From positions 13,950,001 through 14,014,000 of the forward strand of contig OZ024740.1 in assembly GCA_964016885.1 (NCBI GenBank): a stretch of 64,000 nucleotides of DNA. Direction: 5' to 3'. The stretch is from Eledone cirrhosa (Eukaryota). This document shows positions 40,717-55,300 of the stretch, piece after piece (the first letter of the stretch is position 1; every line of letters begins with the position of its first letter). The notes under the pieces were generated by a model. It made no database searches and had not been told where the DNA came from. It saw only the letters and a list, made by a program, of their open reading frames with translations. The translations under genes and the position numbers were made by a program.

Positions 40717-40856
40717 CCCCCACCTACACCCCACTCTCCTGAGCGTGAATTTAATAAATATTTATTGTACTGCCTCTCTGTTCTGTCCCTGTTCAAATTT
40801 TTCATTATATATATATGTATATATATATATATGTATATATATATATGTATATATAA

Positions 40857-40913
<57 letters not shown>

Positions 40914-40917
<4 letters not shown>

Positions 40918-41022
40918 CGCACTACATATATGTTTATATTTAATACGGCATCTGCTAATATGCAAGCATAAATATATACACATGCTTATACATATATTAT
41001 ATGGAAACACACATATAAACGC

Positions 41023-41072
<50 letters not shown>

Positions 41073-41426
41073 GCACATTATATATCAGTGTCTATATCAA
41101 TGCGTGTACATATTTATACTAATGCATACAAATATAATTATATATTTTTTTTTACATATAGATACATACCTATATACATATATCATTATAGAAATCTAAA
41201 CCATTATATATATGTGTGTGTATATCTATCTATCGATATATATATATATATATATATATATCGATAGATAGATATACACACACACATATATATAATGGTT
41301 TAGATTTCTATAATGATATATGTATATAGGTATGTATCTATATGTAAAAAAAAATATATAATTATATTTGTATGCATTAGTATAAATATGTACACGCATT
41401 GATATAGACACTGATATATAATGTGC

Positions 41427-41476
<50 letters not shown>

Positions 41477-41581
41477 GCGTTTATATGTGTGTTTCCATAT
41501 AATATATGTATAAGCATGTGTATATATTTCTGCTTGCATATTAGCAGATGCCGTATTAAATATAAACATATATGTAGTGCG

Positions 41582-41585
<4 letters not shown>
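40914..41585. repeat. About 670-bp near-perfect AT-rich palindrome centred on TCGA(TA)nTCGA
   Basis: Arms mirror each other, including internal (TA)n tracts; ORFs 40745+/41377- and 40762-/41423+ are near-identical mirror images. Confidence 0.95.
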
Positions 41586-41634
<49 letters not shown>

Positions 41635-41904
41635 GCATGCAAATTCTGATACGTGCATACACGTCATCATCGGTCAACCGGTCTAGCAGATGGACAACAA
41701 TCCTCCTCCAAATATGTCCTCTTTAATAAGGAATCGGGGACCCAACACCGAGTGATTTTTCCCTAATTTCTAGGTGGAACTTGAATTCAAGGAACCATAC
41801 GTAAAGTATACGGAGAGATGGGGTATTTTAGAGATATGTTGGCTGATATCGTCTTTTGTTTCTAGAAAAATCGTGTAAAGTCTGTCTCGAGATCGGAGGC
41901 TCCT

Positions 41905-42157
41905 GAGGCCAGTGCTTATCTCAGATTCCGTGGGGGTGATGTGACTGAGAGTACAAACCCCTCCCCCACTCCTCGACAGGATATAAGTCTATCACAGGGT
42001 TAAACTCCCAGCTATCGCTGGTACTCAGTTTCAGCTCAGTATACTGGAGCAACGTGAAATGATGTTTTGCTCAAGGACACAACACAACCCAGTCGAGGAA
42101 TCGAACCTATGACATTATGATCGTAAGTCCAATAATCATAGCACTAGACCACGCGCC
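41905..42157 (-). mobile_element. tRNA-derived SINE of a second family (Meta/V-like central domain)
   Basis: Minus strand: GGCGCGTGGTCTAGTG (A-box) ... GGTTCGATTCC (B-box) ... TGTGTCCTTGAGCAAAACA...GAGTACCAGC...CCCTGTGATAGACT. Confidence 0.8.
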
Positions 42158-42280
42158 ACCACATCTGTTGTTTGGTTTAACAAAATATTGTCCCGACATG
42201 GAGAAACAGATACAGAAATTGGCCAGAGATTCCTCTTGTCGTCAAAATGAAGTCTTGCCGACTGCAGAAGACAAATATCT

Positions 42281-42503
42281 TTTAACTATCTTAACTAGGC
42301 ACAAGGCCAGCAATTTTGAGGGAAACGGGGAAAGTCGATCAAATCGACCCCAGTGCGTGACTGGAACTTTATTTTATCGACCCTGTAAGGATGAAAAGCA
42401 AAGTTAACCTCGACGGGATTTGAACTCACAACGTAAAGGGACGTAACTATATGCCACAAAGCATGTTGGTCGACGCTCCACCGATACTACCAATGCATTG
42501 ACC
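42281..42503 (-). mobile_element. tRNA-derived SINE (Nin-domain-like), near full length
   Basis: Minus-strand B-box GAGTTCAAATCC followed by GCTTTTCATCCTTACAGGGTCGATAAAATAAAG. Confidence 0.85.
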
Positions 42504-42507
42504 TATC

Positions 42508-42737
42508 AATAATCTCTACTTTTGGCACAAAGCCAGCAATTACCCAGTACATTACTGGCACTTTATTTTATCCCTGCCACTTTATTTTATCTCTGCCACT
42601 TTATTTTATCGACCACGTAAGGATGAAAGGCAAAGCTAACCTTGGCGGGATTTGAACTCAGAATAGAAAGGGCCGTAACTCTATGCGTCAAAGCATGACG
42701 TCCGACCCTCTACCGATACTGCCAATCCATCACCCTC
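42508..42737 (-). mobile_element. tRNA-derived SINE (Nin-domain-like), second tandem copy
   Basis: A-box TGGCAGTATCGG, B-box GAGTTCAAATCC, GCCTTTCATCCTTACGTGGTCGATAAAATAAAG; internal triplication of CACTTTATTTT(T)ATC. Confidence 0.85.
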
Positions 42738-42939
42738 CTAATAATAAATGCGAATTTCTGTGCGTGTTTCTGAAAATTAGAACTTAAGGAATATCTGAGA
42801 GTCGATAAAAAAAGTGTTTTATTAGAAAAGAAGTCTGGCTTTGAGGGAAGGTGGGTCTGTTTATTACTGGGTCACATCTGGTAAGTTGGGGGGTCAACCT
42901 TTTGTAGTGGATAAACATCGTTGTTTGTGGAGTGGACGT

Positions 42940-43086
42940 AGAAGAAGGAGGAGAAGAAGAAAGAAGAAAGAGGAGGCGAAGAAAAAGAAAGAGAAGTTGA
43001 AGAATGAGAAGAAAGAGGAGGAGAGGAGGAGGGGAGGAGGAACAGTAGAAGAAGAAGAAGAAGAAGAAGAAGAAGAAGAAGAAGAA

Positions 43087-43118
<32 letters not shown>

Positions 43119-43373
43119 AGAAGAAGAAAAAGAAGAAGAAGAAGTGCAAAAAGAAGAAGAAGGAGAAGAAGAAGAAGAAGAAAAAGAAGAAGAAGAAGTG
43201 CAAAAAGAAGAAGAAGAAGAAGAAGAAGAAGAAGACGAAGAAGAAGAAGAAGAAGAACTGGAAGAAGAAGAAGAAGAAGAAGAAGAAGAAGAAGAAGAAG
43301 AAAAAGAAGAAGAAAAAGAAGAACAAGAAAAAGAAAAAGAAAAAGAAGAAGAAGAAGAAAAAAAAAAGAAAAA
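42940..43373. repeat. (GAA)n purine-rich microsatellite, about 430 bp
   Basis: Read directly; source of the poly-Glu, poly-Phe and poly-Ser ORFs. Confidence 0.97.
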
Positions 43374-46300
43374 GTATGGTAGAGATAGGTTGGTGTGGTA
43401 GAGATAGGGTGGTGTGGTAGAGATAGGGTGGTATGGTAGAGATAGGGTGGTGTGGTAGAGATAGGGTGATATGGTAGAGATAGGGTGGTATGGTAGAGAT
43501 AGGGTGGTGTGGTAGAGATAGGGTGGTGTGGTAGAGATAGGGTGGTATGGTAGAGATAGGGTGGTGTGGTAGAGATAGGGTGGTGTGGTAGAGATAGGGT
43601 GGTATGGCAGAGATAGTGTGGTATGGTAGAGATAGGGTGGTGTGGTTGAGATAGGGTGGTGTGGTAGAGATAGGGTGGTATGGCAGAGATAGGGTGGTGT
43701 GGCAGAGATAGGGTGGTATGGTAGAGATAGGGTGGTGTGGTAGAGATAGGGTGGTGTAGTAGAGATAGGGTGGTGTGGTAGAGATAGGGTGGTATGGTAG
43801 AGATAGGGTGGTGTGGCAGAGATAGGGTGGTATGGTAGAGATAGGGTGGTATGGTAGAGATAGGGTGGTGTGGCAGAGATAGGGTGGTATGGTAGAGATA
43901 GGGTGGTATGGTAGAGATAGGGTGGTGTGGTAGAGATAGGGTGGTATGGTAGAGATAGGTTGGTGTGGTAGAGATAGGGTGGTGTGGTAGAGATAGGGTG
44001 GTATGGTAGAGATAGGTTGGTGTGGTAGAGATAGGGTGGTGTGGTAGAGATAGGGTGGTGTAGTAGAGATAGGGTGGTGTGGTAGAGATAGGGTGGTATG
44101 GTAGAGATAGGGTGGTGTGGTAGAGATAGGGTGGTATGGTAGAGATAGGGTGGTGTGGCAGAGATAGGGTGGTATGGTAGAAATAGGGTGGTATGGCAGA
44201 GATAGGGTGGTGTGGTAGAGATAGGGTGGTTGGCAGAGATAGGGTGGTATGGTAGAGATAGGGTGGTATGGTAGAGATAGGGTGGTATGGTAGAGATAGG
44301 GTGGTGTGGCAGAGATAGGGTGGTATGGCAGAGATAGGGTGGTGTGGCAGAGATAGGGTGGTGTGGCACAGATAGGGTGGTATAGTAGAGATAGGGTGGT
44401 GTGGCAGAGATAGGGTGGTATGGCAGAGATAGGGTGGTGTGGCAGAGATAGGGTGGTATGGCAGAGATAGGGTGGTGTGGTAGAGATAGGGTGGTTGGAA
44501 GAGATAGGGTGGTATGGTAGAGATAGGGTGGTATGGTAGAGATAGGGTGGTATGGTAGAGATAGGGTGGTGTGGCAGAGATAGGGTGGTATGGCAGAGAT
44601 AGGGTGGTGTGGCAGAGATAGGGTGGTGTGGCAGAGATAGGGTGGTATAGTAGAGATAGGGTGGTGTGGCAGAGATAGGGTGGTATGGCAGAGATAGGGT
44701 GGTGTGGCAGAGATAGGGTGGTATGGCAGAGATAGGGTGGTGTGGTAGAGATAGGGTGGTGTCGCAGAGATAGGGTGGTGTGGTAGAGAAAGGGTGATAT
44801 GGTAGAGATAGGGTGGTATGGCAGAGATAGGGTGGTGTGGTAGAGATAGGGTGGTGTGGCAGAGATAGGGCGGTGTGGTATAGATAGGGTGGTGTGGTAG
44901 AGATAGGGTGGTGTGGCAGAGATAGTGTGGTATGGTAGAGATAGGGTGGTGTGGTAGAGATAGGGTGATATGGTAGAGATAGGGTGGTGTGGTAGAGAAA
45001 GGGTGGTGTGGCAGAAATAGGGTGGTGTGGCAGAGAGAGATAGGGTGGTATGGCAGAGATGGGGTGGTGTGGTAGAGAAAGGGTGATGTGGTAGAGATAG
45101 GGTGATATGGTAGAGATAGGTTGGTGTGGCAGAGATAGCGTGGTGTGGTAGTGATAGGGTGATATGGTAGAGATAGGGTGGTGTGGTAGAGATAGGGTGG
45201 TGTGGTAGAGATAGGGTGGTGTGGTAGAGATAGGGTGGTATGGAAGAGATAGGGTGGTGTGGTAGAGATAGGGTGGTGTGGTAGAGATAGGGTGATGTGG
45301 TAGAGAAAGGGTGGTATGGCAGAGATAGGGTGGTATGGCAGAGATAGGGTGGTGTGGTAGAGATAGGGTGATATGGTAGAGATAGGGTGGTATGGCAGAG
45401 AAAGGGTGGTATGGCAGAGATAGTGTGGTATGGTAGAGATAGGGTGGTGTGGTAGAGATAGGGTGATATGGTAGAGATAGGGTGGTGTGGTAGAGAAAGG
45501 GTGGTATGGCAGAGATAGGGTGGTATGGTAGAGATAGGGTGGTGTGGTAGAGATGGGGTGATATGGTAGAGATAGGGTGGTGTGGTAGAGATAGGGTGAT
45601 ATGGTAGAGATAGGGTGGTGTGGTAGAGAAAGGGTGGTATGGCAGAGATAGGGTGGTATGGTAGAGATAGGGTGGTGTGGTAGAGATAGGGTGATATGGT
45701 AGAGATAGGGTGGTGTGGCAGAGATAGGGTGGTATGGCAGAGATAGGGTGGTGTGGCAGAGATAGGGTGGTATGGCAGAGATAGGGTGGTGTGGTAGAGA
45801 TAGGGTGGTGTCGCAGAGATAGGGTGGTGTGGTAGAGAAAGGGTGATATGGTAGAGATAGGATGGTATGCCAGAGATAGGGTGTTGTGGTAGAGATAGGG
45901 TGGTGTGGCAGAGATAGGGCGGTGTGGTATAGATAGGGTGGTGTGGTAGAGATAGGGTGGTGTGGCAGAGATAGTGTGGTATGGTTGAGATAGGGTGGTG
46001 TGGTAGAGATAGGGTGATATGGTAGAGATAGGGTGGTGTGGTAGAGAAAGGGTGGTGTGGCAGAGATAGGGTGGTGTGGCAGAGAGAGATAGGGTGGTAT
46101 GGCAGAGATGGGGTGGTGTGGTAGAGAAAGTGTGATGTGGTAGAGATAGGGTGATATGGTAGAGATAGGTTGGTGTGGCAGAGATAGCGTGGTGTGGTAG
46201 AGATAGGGTGATATGGTAGAGATAGGGTGGTGTGGTAGAGATAGGGTGATGTGGTAGAGATAGTGTGGTGTGGTAGAGATAGGGTGGTATGGCAGAGATA

Positions 46301-49300
46301 GGGTGGTGTGGTAGAGATAGGGTGGTGTGGTAGAGATAGGGTGATGTGGTAGAGAAAGGGTGGTATGGCAGAGATAGCATGGTGTGGTAGAGATAGGGTG
46401 ATATGGTAGAGATAGGGTGGTGTGGTAGAGAAAGGGTGGTATGGCAGAGATAGGGTGGTATGGCAGAGATAGGGTGGTGTGGTAGAGATAGGGTGATATG
46501 GTAGAGATAGGGTGGTATGGCAGAGAAAGGGTGGTATGGCAGAGACAGGGTGGTATGGTAGAGATAGGGTGGTGTGGTAGAGATAGGGTGATATGGTAGA
46601 GATAGGGTGGTGTGGTAGAGAAAGGGTGGTATGGCAGAGATAGGGTGGTATGGTAGAGATAGAGTGGTGTGGTAGAGATAGGGTGATATGGTAGAGATAG
46701 GGTGGTATGGCAGAGATAGGGTGGTATGGCAGAGATAGGGTGGTGTGGCAGAGATAGGGTGGTATGGCAGAGATAGGGTGGTGTGGTAGAGATAGGGTGG
46801 TATGGCAGAGATAGGGTGGTGTGGTAGAGATAGGGTGGTATGGCAGAGATAGGGTGGTGTGGTAGAGATAGGGTGGTTTGGTAGAGATAGGGTGGTCTGT
46901 TAGAGATAGGGTGGTATGGCAGAGATAGGGTGGTATGGTAGAGATAGGGTGGTGTGGTAGAGATAGGGTGATATGGTAGAGATAGTGTGGTATGGTAGAG
47001 ATAGGGTGGTGTGGTAGAGAAAGGGTGGTAGGGTAGAGATAGGGTGGTATGGTAGAGATAGGGTGTTGTGGCAGAGATAGGGTGGTATGGTAGAGATAGG
47101 GTGGTATGATAGAGATAGGGTGGTGTGGTAGAGATAGGGTGGTATGGTAGAGATAGGTTGGTGTGGTAGAGATAGGGTGGTGTGGTAGAGATAGGGTGGT
47201 ATGGTAGAGATAGGTTGGTGTGGTAGAGATAGGGTGGTGTGGTAGAGATAGGGTGGTGTGGTAGAGATAGGGTGGTGTGGTAGAGATAGGGTGGTATGGT
47301 AGAGATAGGGTAGTGTGGCAGAGATAGGGTGGTATGGTAGAGATAGGGTGGTATGGCAGAGATAGGGTGGTGTGGTAGAGATAGGGTGATATGGTAGAGT
47401 TGGGTGGTATGGCAGAGAAAGGGTGGTATGGCAGAGATAGGGTGGTATGGTAGAGATAGGGTGGTGTGGTAGAGATAGGGTGATATGGTAGAGATAGGGT
47501 GGTGTGGTAGAGAAAGGGTGGTATGGCAGAGATAGCGTGGTATGGTAGAGATAGGGTGGTGTGGTAGAGATAGGGTGATATGGTAGAGATAGGGTGGTAT
47601 GGCAGAGATAGGGTGGTATGGCAGAGATAGGGTGGTCTGTTAGAGATAGGGTGGTATGGCAGAGATAGGGCGGTGTGGTAGAGATACGGTGGTATGGTAG
47701 AGATAGGGTGGTATGGCAGAGATAGGGTGGTGTGGTAGAGATAGGGTGGTATGGTAGAGATAGGGTGGTATGGCAGAGATAGGTTTGTGTGGTAGAGATA
47801 GGGTGGTGTGGCAGAGATAGGACGGTGTGGTATAGATAGGGTGGTGTGGTAGAGATAGGGTGGTATGGTAGAGATAGCGTGGTGTGGTAGAGATAGGGTG
47901 ATATGGTAGAGATAGGTTGATGTGGTAGAGAAAGGGTGGTGTGGCAGAGATAGGGTGGTGTGGCAGAGATAGGATGGTATGGCAGAGATAGGGTGGTGTG
48001 GCAGAGATAGGGTGGTATGGTAGAGATGGGGTGGTGTGGTAGAGAAAGGGTGATGTGGTAGAGATAGGGTGATATGGTAGAGATAGGTTGGTGTGGCAGA
48101 GATAGCGTGGTGTGGTAGAGATAGGGTGATATGGTAGAGATGGGTGGTGTGGTAGAGATAGGGTGGTGTGGTAGAGATAGGGTGGTGTGGTAGAGATAGG
48201 GTGGTATGGCAGAGATAGGGTGGTGTGGTAGAGATAGGGTGGTGTGGTAGAGATAGGGTGATGTGGTAGAGAAAGGGTGGTATGGCAGAGATAGGGTGGT
48301 GTGGTAGAGAAAGGGTGGTATGGCAGAGATAGGGTGGTATGGCAGAGATAGGGTGGTGTGGTAGAGATAGGGTGATATGGTAGAGATAGGGTGGTATGGC
48401 AGAGAAAGGGTGGTATGGTAGAGATAGGGTGGTGTGGTAGAGATAGCGTGATATGGTAGAGATAGGGTGGTGTGGTAGAGAAAGGGTGGTATGGCAGAAA
48501 TAGGGTGGTATGATAGAGATAGGGTGGTGTGGTAGAGATAGGGTGATATGGTAGAGATAGGGTGGTGTGGTAGAGATAGGGTGGTATGGCAGAGATAGGG
48601 TGGTGTGGTAGAGATAGGGTGGTATGGCAGAGAAAGGGTGGTGTGGTAGAGATAGGCTGGTTTGGTAGAGATAGGGTGGTCTGTTAGAGATAGGGTGGTA
48701 TGGCAGAGATAGCGTGGTATGGTAGAGGTAGGGTGGTGTGGTAGAGAAAGGGTGGTATGGTAGAGATAGGGCGGTATGGCAGAGTTAGGGTGGTGTGGTA
48801 GAGATAGGGTGGTATGGTAGAGATAGGGTGGTGTGGTAGAGATAGGGTGGTGTGGTAGAGATAGGGTGGTGTGGCAGAGATAGGGTGGTGTGGCAGAGAT
48901 AGTGTGGTATGGCAGAGATAGGGTGGTGTGGCAGAGATAGGGTGGTATGGTAGAGATAGGGTGGTATGGTAGAGATAGGTTGGTGTGGCAGAGATAGCGT
49001 GGTGTGGTAGAGATAGGGTGATATGGTAGAGATGGGTGGTGTGGTAGAGATAGGGTGGTGTGGTAGAGATAGGGTGGTGTGGTAGAGATAGGGTGGTATG
49101 GCAGAGATAGGGTGGTGTGGTAGAGATAGGGTGGTGTGGTAGAGATAGGGTGATGTGGTAGAGAAAGGGTGGTATGGCAGAGATAGGGTGGTGTGGTAGA
49201 GAAAGGGTGGTATGGTAGAGATAGGGTGGTATGGCAGAGATAGGGTGGTGTGGTAGAGATAGGGTGATATGGTAGAGATAGGGTGGTATGGCAGAGAAAG

Positions 49301-52300
49301 GGTGGTATGGTAGAGATAGGGTGGTGTGGTAGAGATAGCGTGATATGGTAGAGATAGGGTGGTGTGGTAGAGAAAGGGTGGTATGGCAGAAATAGGGTGG
49401 TATGATAGAGATAGGGTGGTGTGGTAGAGATAGGGTGATATGGTAGAGATAGGGTGGTATGGCAGAGATAGGATGGTATGGCAGAGATAGGGTGGTGTGG
49501 CAGAGATAGGGTGGTATGGCAGAGATAGGGTGGTGTGGTAGAGATAGGGTGGTATGGAAGAGATAGGGTGGTGTGGTAGAGATAGGGTGGTATGGCAGAG
49601 ATAGGGGGGTGTGGTAGAGATAGGCTGGTTTGGTAGAGATAGGGTGGTCTGTTAGAGATAGGGTGGTATGGCAGAGATAGCGTGGTATGGTAGAGTTAGG
49701 GTGGTGTGGTAGAGAAAGGGTGGTATGGTAGAGATAGGGCGGTATGGCAGAGTTAGGGTGGTGTGGTAGAGATAGGGTGGTATGGTAGAGATAGGGTGGT
49801 GTGGTAGAGATAGGGTGGTGTGGTAGAGATAGGGTGGTATGGCAGAGATAGGGTGGTGTGGCAGAGATAGGGTGGTGTGGTAGAGATAGGGTGGTGTGGT
49901 AGAGATAGGGTGGTATGGTAGAGATAGGGTGGTGTGGTAGAGATAGTGTGGTGTGGTAGAGATAGGGTGGTATGGCAGAGATAGGGTGGTGTGGCAGAGA
50001 TAGGGTGGTGTGGCAGAGATAGGGTGGTATGGCAGAGATAGGGTGGTGTGGCAGAGATAGGGTGGTATGGTAGAGATAGGGTGGTATGGTAGAGATAGGG
50101 TGGTGTGGTAGAGATAGGGTGATGTGGTAGAGAAAGGGTGGTATGGCAGAGATAGGGTGGTGTGGTAGAGATAGGGTGATATGGTAGAGATAAGGTGGTG
50201 TGGTAGAGAAAGGGTGGTATGGCAGAGATAGGGTGGTATGGCAGAGATAGGGTGGTGTGGTAGAGATAGGGTGATATGGTAGAGATAGGGTGGTATGGCA
50301 GAGAAAGGGTGGTATGGCAGAGATAGGGTGGTATGGTAGAGATAGGGTGGTGTGGTAGAGATAGGGTGATATGATAGAGATAGGGTGGTGTGGTAGAGAA
50401 AGGGTGGTATGGCAGAGATAGGGTGGTATGGTAGAGATAGGGTGGTGTGGTAGAGATAGTGTGATATGGTAGAGATAGGGTGGTATGGCAGAGATAGGTG
50501 GTATGGCAGAGATAGGGTGGTGTGGCAGAGATAGGGTGGTATGGCAGAGATAGGTTGGTGTGGTAGAGAAAGGGTGGTATGGCAGAGATAGGGTGGTATG
50601 GTAGAGATAGGGTGGTGTGGTAGAGATAGGGTGATATGGTAGAGATAGGGTGGTGTGGTAGAGAAAGGGTGGTATGGCAGAGATAGCGTGGTATGGTAGA
50701 GATAGGGTGGTGTGGTAGAGATAGGTTGATATGGTAGTGATAGGGTGGTATGGCAGAGATAGTGTGTTATGGCAGAGATAGGGTGGTATGGCAGAGATAG
50801 GTTGGTGTGGTAGAGATAGAGTGGTGTGGTAGAGATGGGGTGGTGTGGTAGAGATAGGGTGGTGTGGTAGAGATAGGGTGGTGTGGTAGAGATAGGGTGG
50901 TTTGGTAGAGATAGGGTGGTATGGTAGAGATAGGGTGGTGTGGTAGAGATAGGGTGGTATGGTAGAGGTAGGGTGGTTTGGTAGAGATAAGGTGGTCTGT
51001 TAGAGATAGGGTGGTATGGCAGAGATAGGGTGGTAGGATAGAGATAGGGTGGTGTGGTAGAGATAGGGTGGTATGGCAGAGTTAGGGTGGTGTGGTAGAG
51101 ATAGGGTGGTATGGTAGAGATAGGGTGGTGTGGTAGAGATAGGGTGGTGTGGTAGAGATAGGGTGGTGTGGTAGAGATAGGGTGGTGTGGTAGAGATAGG
51201 GTGGTATGGCAGAGATAGGGTGGTGTGGTAGAGATAGGGTGGTGTGGTAGAGATAGGGTGATGTGGTAGAGAAAGGGTGGTATGGCAGAGATAGGGTGGT
51301 GTGGTAGAGAAAGGGTGGTATGGCAGAGATAGGGTGGTATGGTAGAGATAGGGTGGTGTGGTAGTGATAGGGTGATATGGTAGAGATAGGGTGATATGGT
51401 AGAGATAGGGTGGTATGGCAGAGATAGGGTGGTATGGCAGAGATAGGGTGGTGTGGCAGAGATAGGGTGGTATGGCAGAGATAGGGTGGTGTGGTAGAGA
51501 TAGGGTGGTGTGGTAGAGATAGGGTGATATGGTAGAGTTGGGTGGTATGGCAGAGAAAGGGTGGTATGGCAGAGATAGGGTGGTATGGTAGAGATAGGGT
51601 GGTGTGGTAGTGATAGGGTGATATGGTAGAGATAGGGTGGTGTGGTAGAGAAAGGGTGGTATGGCAGAGATAGCGTGGTATGGTAGAGATAGGGTGGTGT
51701 GGTAGAGATAGGGTGATATGGTAGAGATAGGGTGGTACGGCAGAGATAGGGTGGTATGGCAGAGATAGGGTGGTCTGTTAGAGATAGGGTGGTATGGCAG
51801 AGATAGGGCGGTGTGGTAGAGATAGGGTGGTATGGTAGAGATAGGGTGGTATGGCAGAGATAGGGTGGTGTGGTAGAGATAGGGTGGTATGGTAGAGATA
51901 GGGTGGTATGGCAGAGATAGGTTGGTGTGGTAGAGATAGGGTGGTGTGGCAGAGATAGGACGGTGTGGTATAGATAGGGTGGTGTGGTAGAAATAGGGTG
52001 GTGTGGCAGAGATAGTGTGGTATGGTAGAGATAGCGTGGTGTGGTAGAGATAGGGTGATATGGTAGAGATAGGGTGGTGTGGTAGAGAAAGGGTGGTGTG
52101 GCAGAGATAGGGTGGTGTGGCAGAGAGAGATAGGGTGGTATGGCAGAGATGGGGTGGTGTGGTAGAGAAAGGGTGATGTGGTAGAGATAGGGTGATATGG
52201 TAGAGATAGGTTGGTGTGGCAGAGATAGCGTGGTGTGGTAGAGATAGGGTGATATGGTAGAGATGGGTGGTGTGGTAGAGATAGGGTGGTGTGGTAGAGA

Positions 52301-55300
52301 TAGGGTGGTGTGGTAGAGATAGGGTGGTATGGCAGAGATAGGGTGGTGTGGTAGAGATAGGGTGATATGGTAGAGATAGGGTGGTGTGGTAGAGAAAGTG
52401 TGGTATGGCAGAGATAGGGTGGTATGGCAGAGATAGGGTGGTGTGGTAGAGATAGGGTGATATGTAAAGATAGGGTGGTATGGCAGAGAAAGGGTGGTAT
52501 GGTAGAGATAGGGTGGTGTGGTAGAGATAGCGTGATATGGTAGAGATAGGGTAGTGTGGTAGAGAAAGGGTGGTATGGCAGAAATAGGGTGGTATGGTAG
52601 AGATAGGGTGGTGTGGTAGAGATAGGGTGATATGGTAGAGATAGGGTGGTATGGCAGAGATAGGGTGGTATGGCAGAGATAGGGTGGTGTGGCAGAGATA
52701 GGGTGGTATGGCAGAGATAGGGTGGTGTGGTAGAGATAGGGTGGTATGGCAGAGATAGGGTGGTGTGGTAGAGATAGGGTGGTATGGCAGAGATAGGGTG
52801 GTGTGGTAGAGATAGTGTGGTGTGGTAGAGATAGGGTGGTATGGCAGAGATAGGGTGGTGTGGCAGAGATAGGGTGGTGTGGCAGAGATAGGGTGGTATG
52901 GCAGAGATAGGGTGGTGTGGCAGAGATAGGGTGGTATGGTAGAGATAGGGTGGTATGGTAGAGATAGGGTGGTGTGGTAGAGATAGGGTGATGTGGTAGA
53001 GAAAGGGTGGTATGGCAGAGATAGGGTGGTGTGGTAGAGATAGGGTGATATGGTAGAGATAGGGTGGTGTGGTAGAGAAAGGGTGGTATGGCAGAGATAG
53101 GGTGGTATGGCAGAGATAGGGTGGTGTGGTAGAGATAGGGTGATATGGTAGAGATAGGGTGGTATGGCAGAGAAAGGGTGGTATGGCAGAGATAGGGTGG
53201 TATGGTAGAGATAGGGTGGTGTGGTAGAGATAGGGTGATATGATAGAGATAGGGTGGTGTGGTAGAGAAAGGGTGGTATGGCAGAGATAGGGTGGTATGG
53301 TAGAGATAGGGTGGTGTGGTAGAGATAGTGTGATATGGTAGAGATAGGGTGGTATGGCAGAGATAGGTGGTATGGCAGAGATAGGGTGGTGTGGCAGAGA
53401 TAGGGTGGTATGGCAGAGATAGGTTGGTGTGGTAGAGAAAGGGTGGTATGGCAGAGATAGGGTGGTATGGTAGAGATAGGGTGGTGTGGTAGAGATAGGG
53501 TGATATGGTAGAGATAGGGTGGTGTGGTAGAGAAAGGGTGGTATGGCAGAGATAGCGTGGTATGGTAGAGATAGGGTGGTGTGGTAGAGATAGGTTGATA
53601 TGGTAGTGATAGGGTGGTATGGCAGAGATAGTGTGGTATGGCAGAGATAGGGTGGTATGGCAGAGATAGGTTGGTGTGGTAGAGATAGGGTGGTGTGGTA
53701 GAGATGGGGTGGTGTGGTAGAGATAGGGTGGTGTGGTAGAGATAGGGTGGTGTGGTAGAGATAGGGTGGTTTGGTAGAGATAGGGTGGTATGGTAGAGAT
53801 AGGGTGGTGTGGTAGAGATAGGGTGGTATGGTAGAGGTAGGGTGGTTTGGTAGAGATAAGGTGGTCTGTTAGAGATAGGGTGGTATGGCAGAGATAGGGT
53901 GGTAGGATAGAGATAGGGTGGTGTGGTAGAGATAGGGTGGTATGGCAGAGTTAGGGTGGTGTGGTAGAGATAGGGTGGTATGGTAGAGATAGGGTGGTGT
54001 GGTAGAGATAGGGTGGTGTGGTAGAGATAGGGTGGTGTGGTAGAGATAGGGTGGTGTGGTAGAGATAGGGTGGTATGGCAGAGATAGGGTGGTGTGGTAG
54101 AGATAGGGTGGTGTGGTAGAGATAGGGTGATGTGGTAGAGAAAGGGTGGTATGGCAGAGATAGGGTGGTGTGGTAGAGAAAAGGTGGTATGGCAGAGATA
54201 GGGTGGTATGGTAGAGATAGGGTGGTGTGGTAGTGATAGGGTGATATGGTAGAGATAGGGTGATATGGTAGAGATAGGGTGGTATGGCAGAGATAGGGTG
54301 GTATGGCAGAGATAGGGTGGTGTGGCAGAGATAGGGTGGTATGGCAGAGATAGGGTGGTGTGGTAGAGATAGGGTGGTGTGGTAGAGATAGGGTGATATG
54401 GTAGAGTTGGGTGGTATGGCAGAGAAAGGTTGGTATGGCAGAGATAGGGTGGTATGGTAGAGATAGGGTGGTGTGGTAGTGATAGGGTGATATGGTAGAG
54501 ATAGGGTGGTGTGGTAGAGAAAGGGTGGTATGGCAGAGATAGCGTGGTATGGTAGAGATAGGGTGGTGTGGTAGAGATAGGGTGATATTGTAGAGATAGG
54601 GTGGTACGGCAGAGATAGGGTGGTATGGCAGAGATAGGGTGGTCTGTTAGAGATAGGGTGGTATGGCAGAGATAGGGCGGTGTGGTAGAGATAGGGTGGT
54701 ATGGTAGAGATAGGGTGGTATGGCAGAGATTGGGTGGTGTGGTAGAGATAGGGTGGTATGGTAGAGATAGGGTGGTATGGCAGAGATAGGTTGGTGTGGT
54801 AGAGATAGGGTGGTGTGGCAGAGATAGGACGGTGTGGTATAGATAGGGTGGTGTGGTAGAAATAGGGTGGTGTGGCAGAGATAGTGTGGTATGGTAGAGA
54901 TAGCGTGGTGTGGTAGAGATAGGGTGATATGGTAGAGATAGGGTGGTGTGGTAGAGAAAGGGTGGTGTGGCAGAGATAGGGTGGTGTGGCAGAGGGAGAT
55001 AGGGTGGTATGGCAGAGATGGGGTGGTGTGGTAGAGAAAGGGTGATGTGGTAGAGATAGGGTGATATGGTAGAGATAGGTTGGTGTGGCAGAGATAGCGT
55101 GGTGTGGTAGAGATAGGGTGATATGGTAGAGATGGGTGGTGTGGTAGAGATAGGGTGGTGTGGTAGAGATAGGGTGGTGTGGTAGAGATAGGGTGGTATG
55201 GCAGAGATAGGGTGGTGTGGTAGAGATTGGGTGGTGTGGTAGAGATAGGGTGATGTGGTAGAGAAAGGGTGGTATGGCAGAGATAGGGTGGTGTGGTAGA

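Noticed and set aside
42160-42275. Possible minus-strand exon (acceptor-like TTTGTCTTCTGCAG)
   Set aside because: No convincing donor site, no recognisable protein, sandwiched between SINEs.
42784-46380. 1198-aa Pro/His/Thr-rich ORF and the overlapping poly-Glu and poly-Ser ORFs
   Set aside because: Translations of the C-rich strand of the 19-bp satellite and of (GAA)n, which simply lack stop codons.
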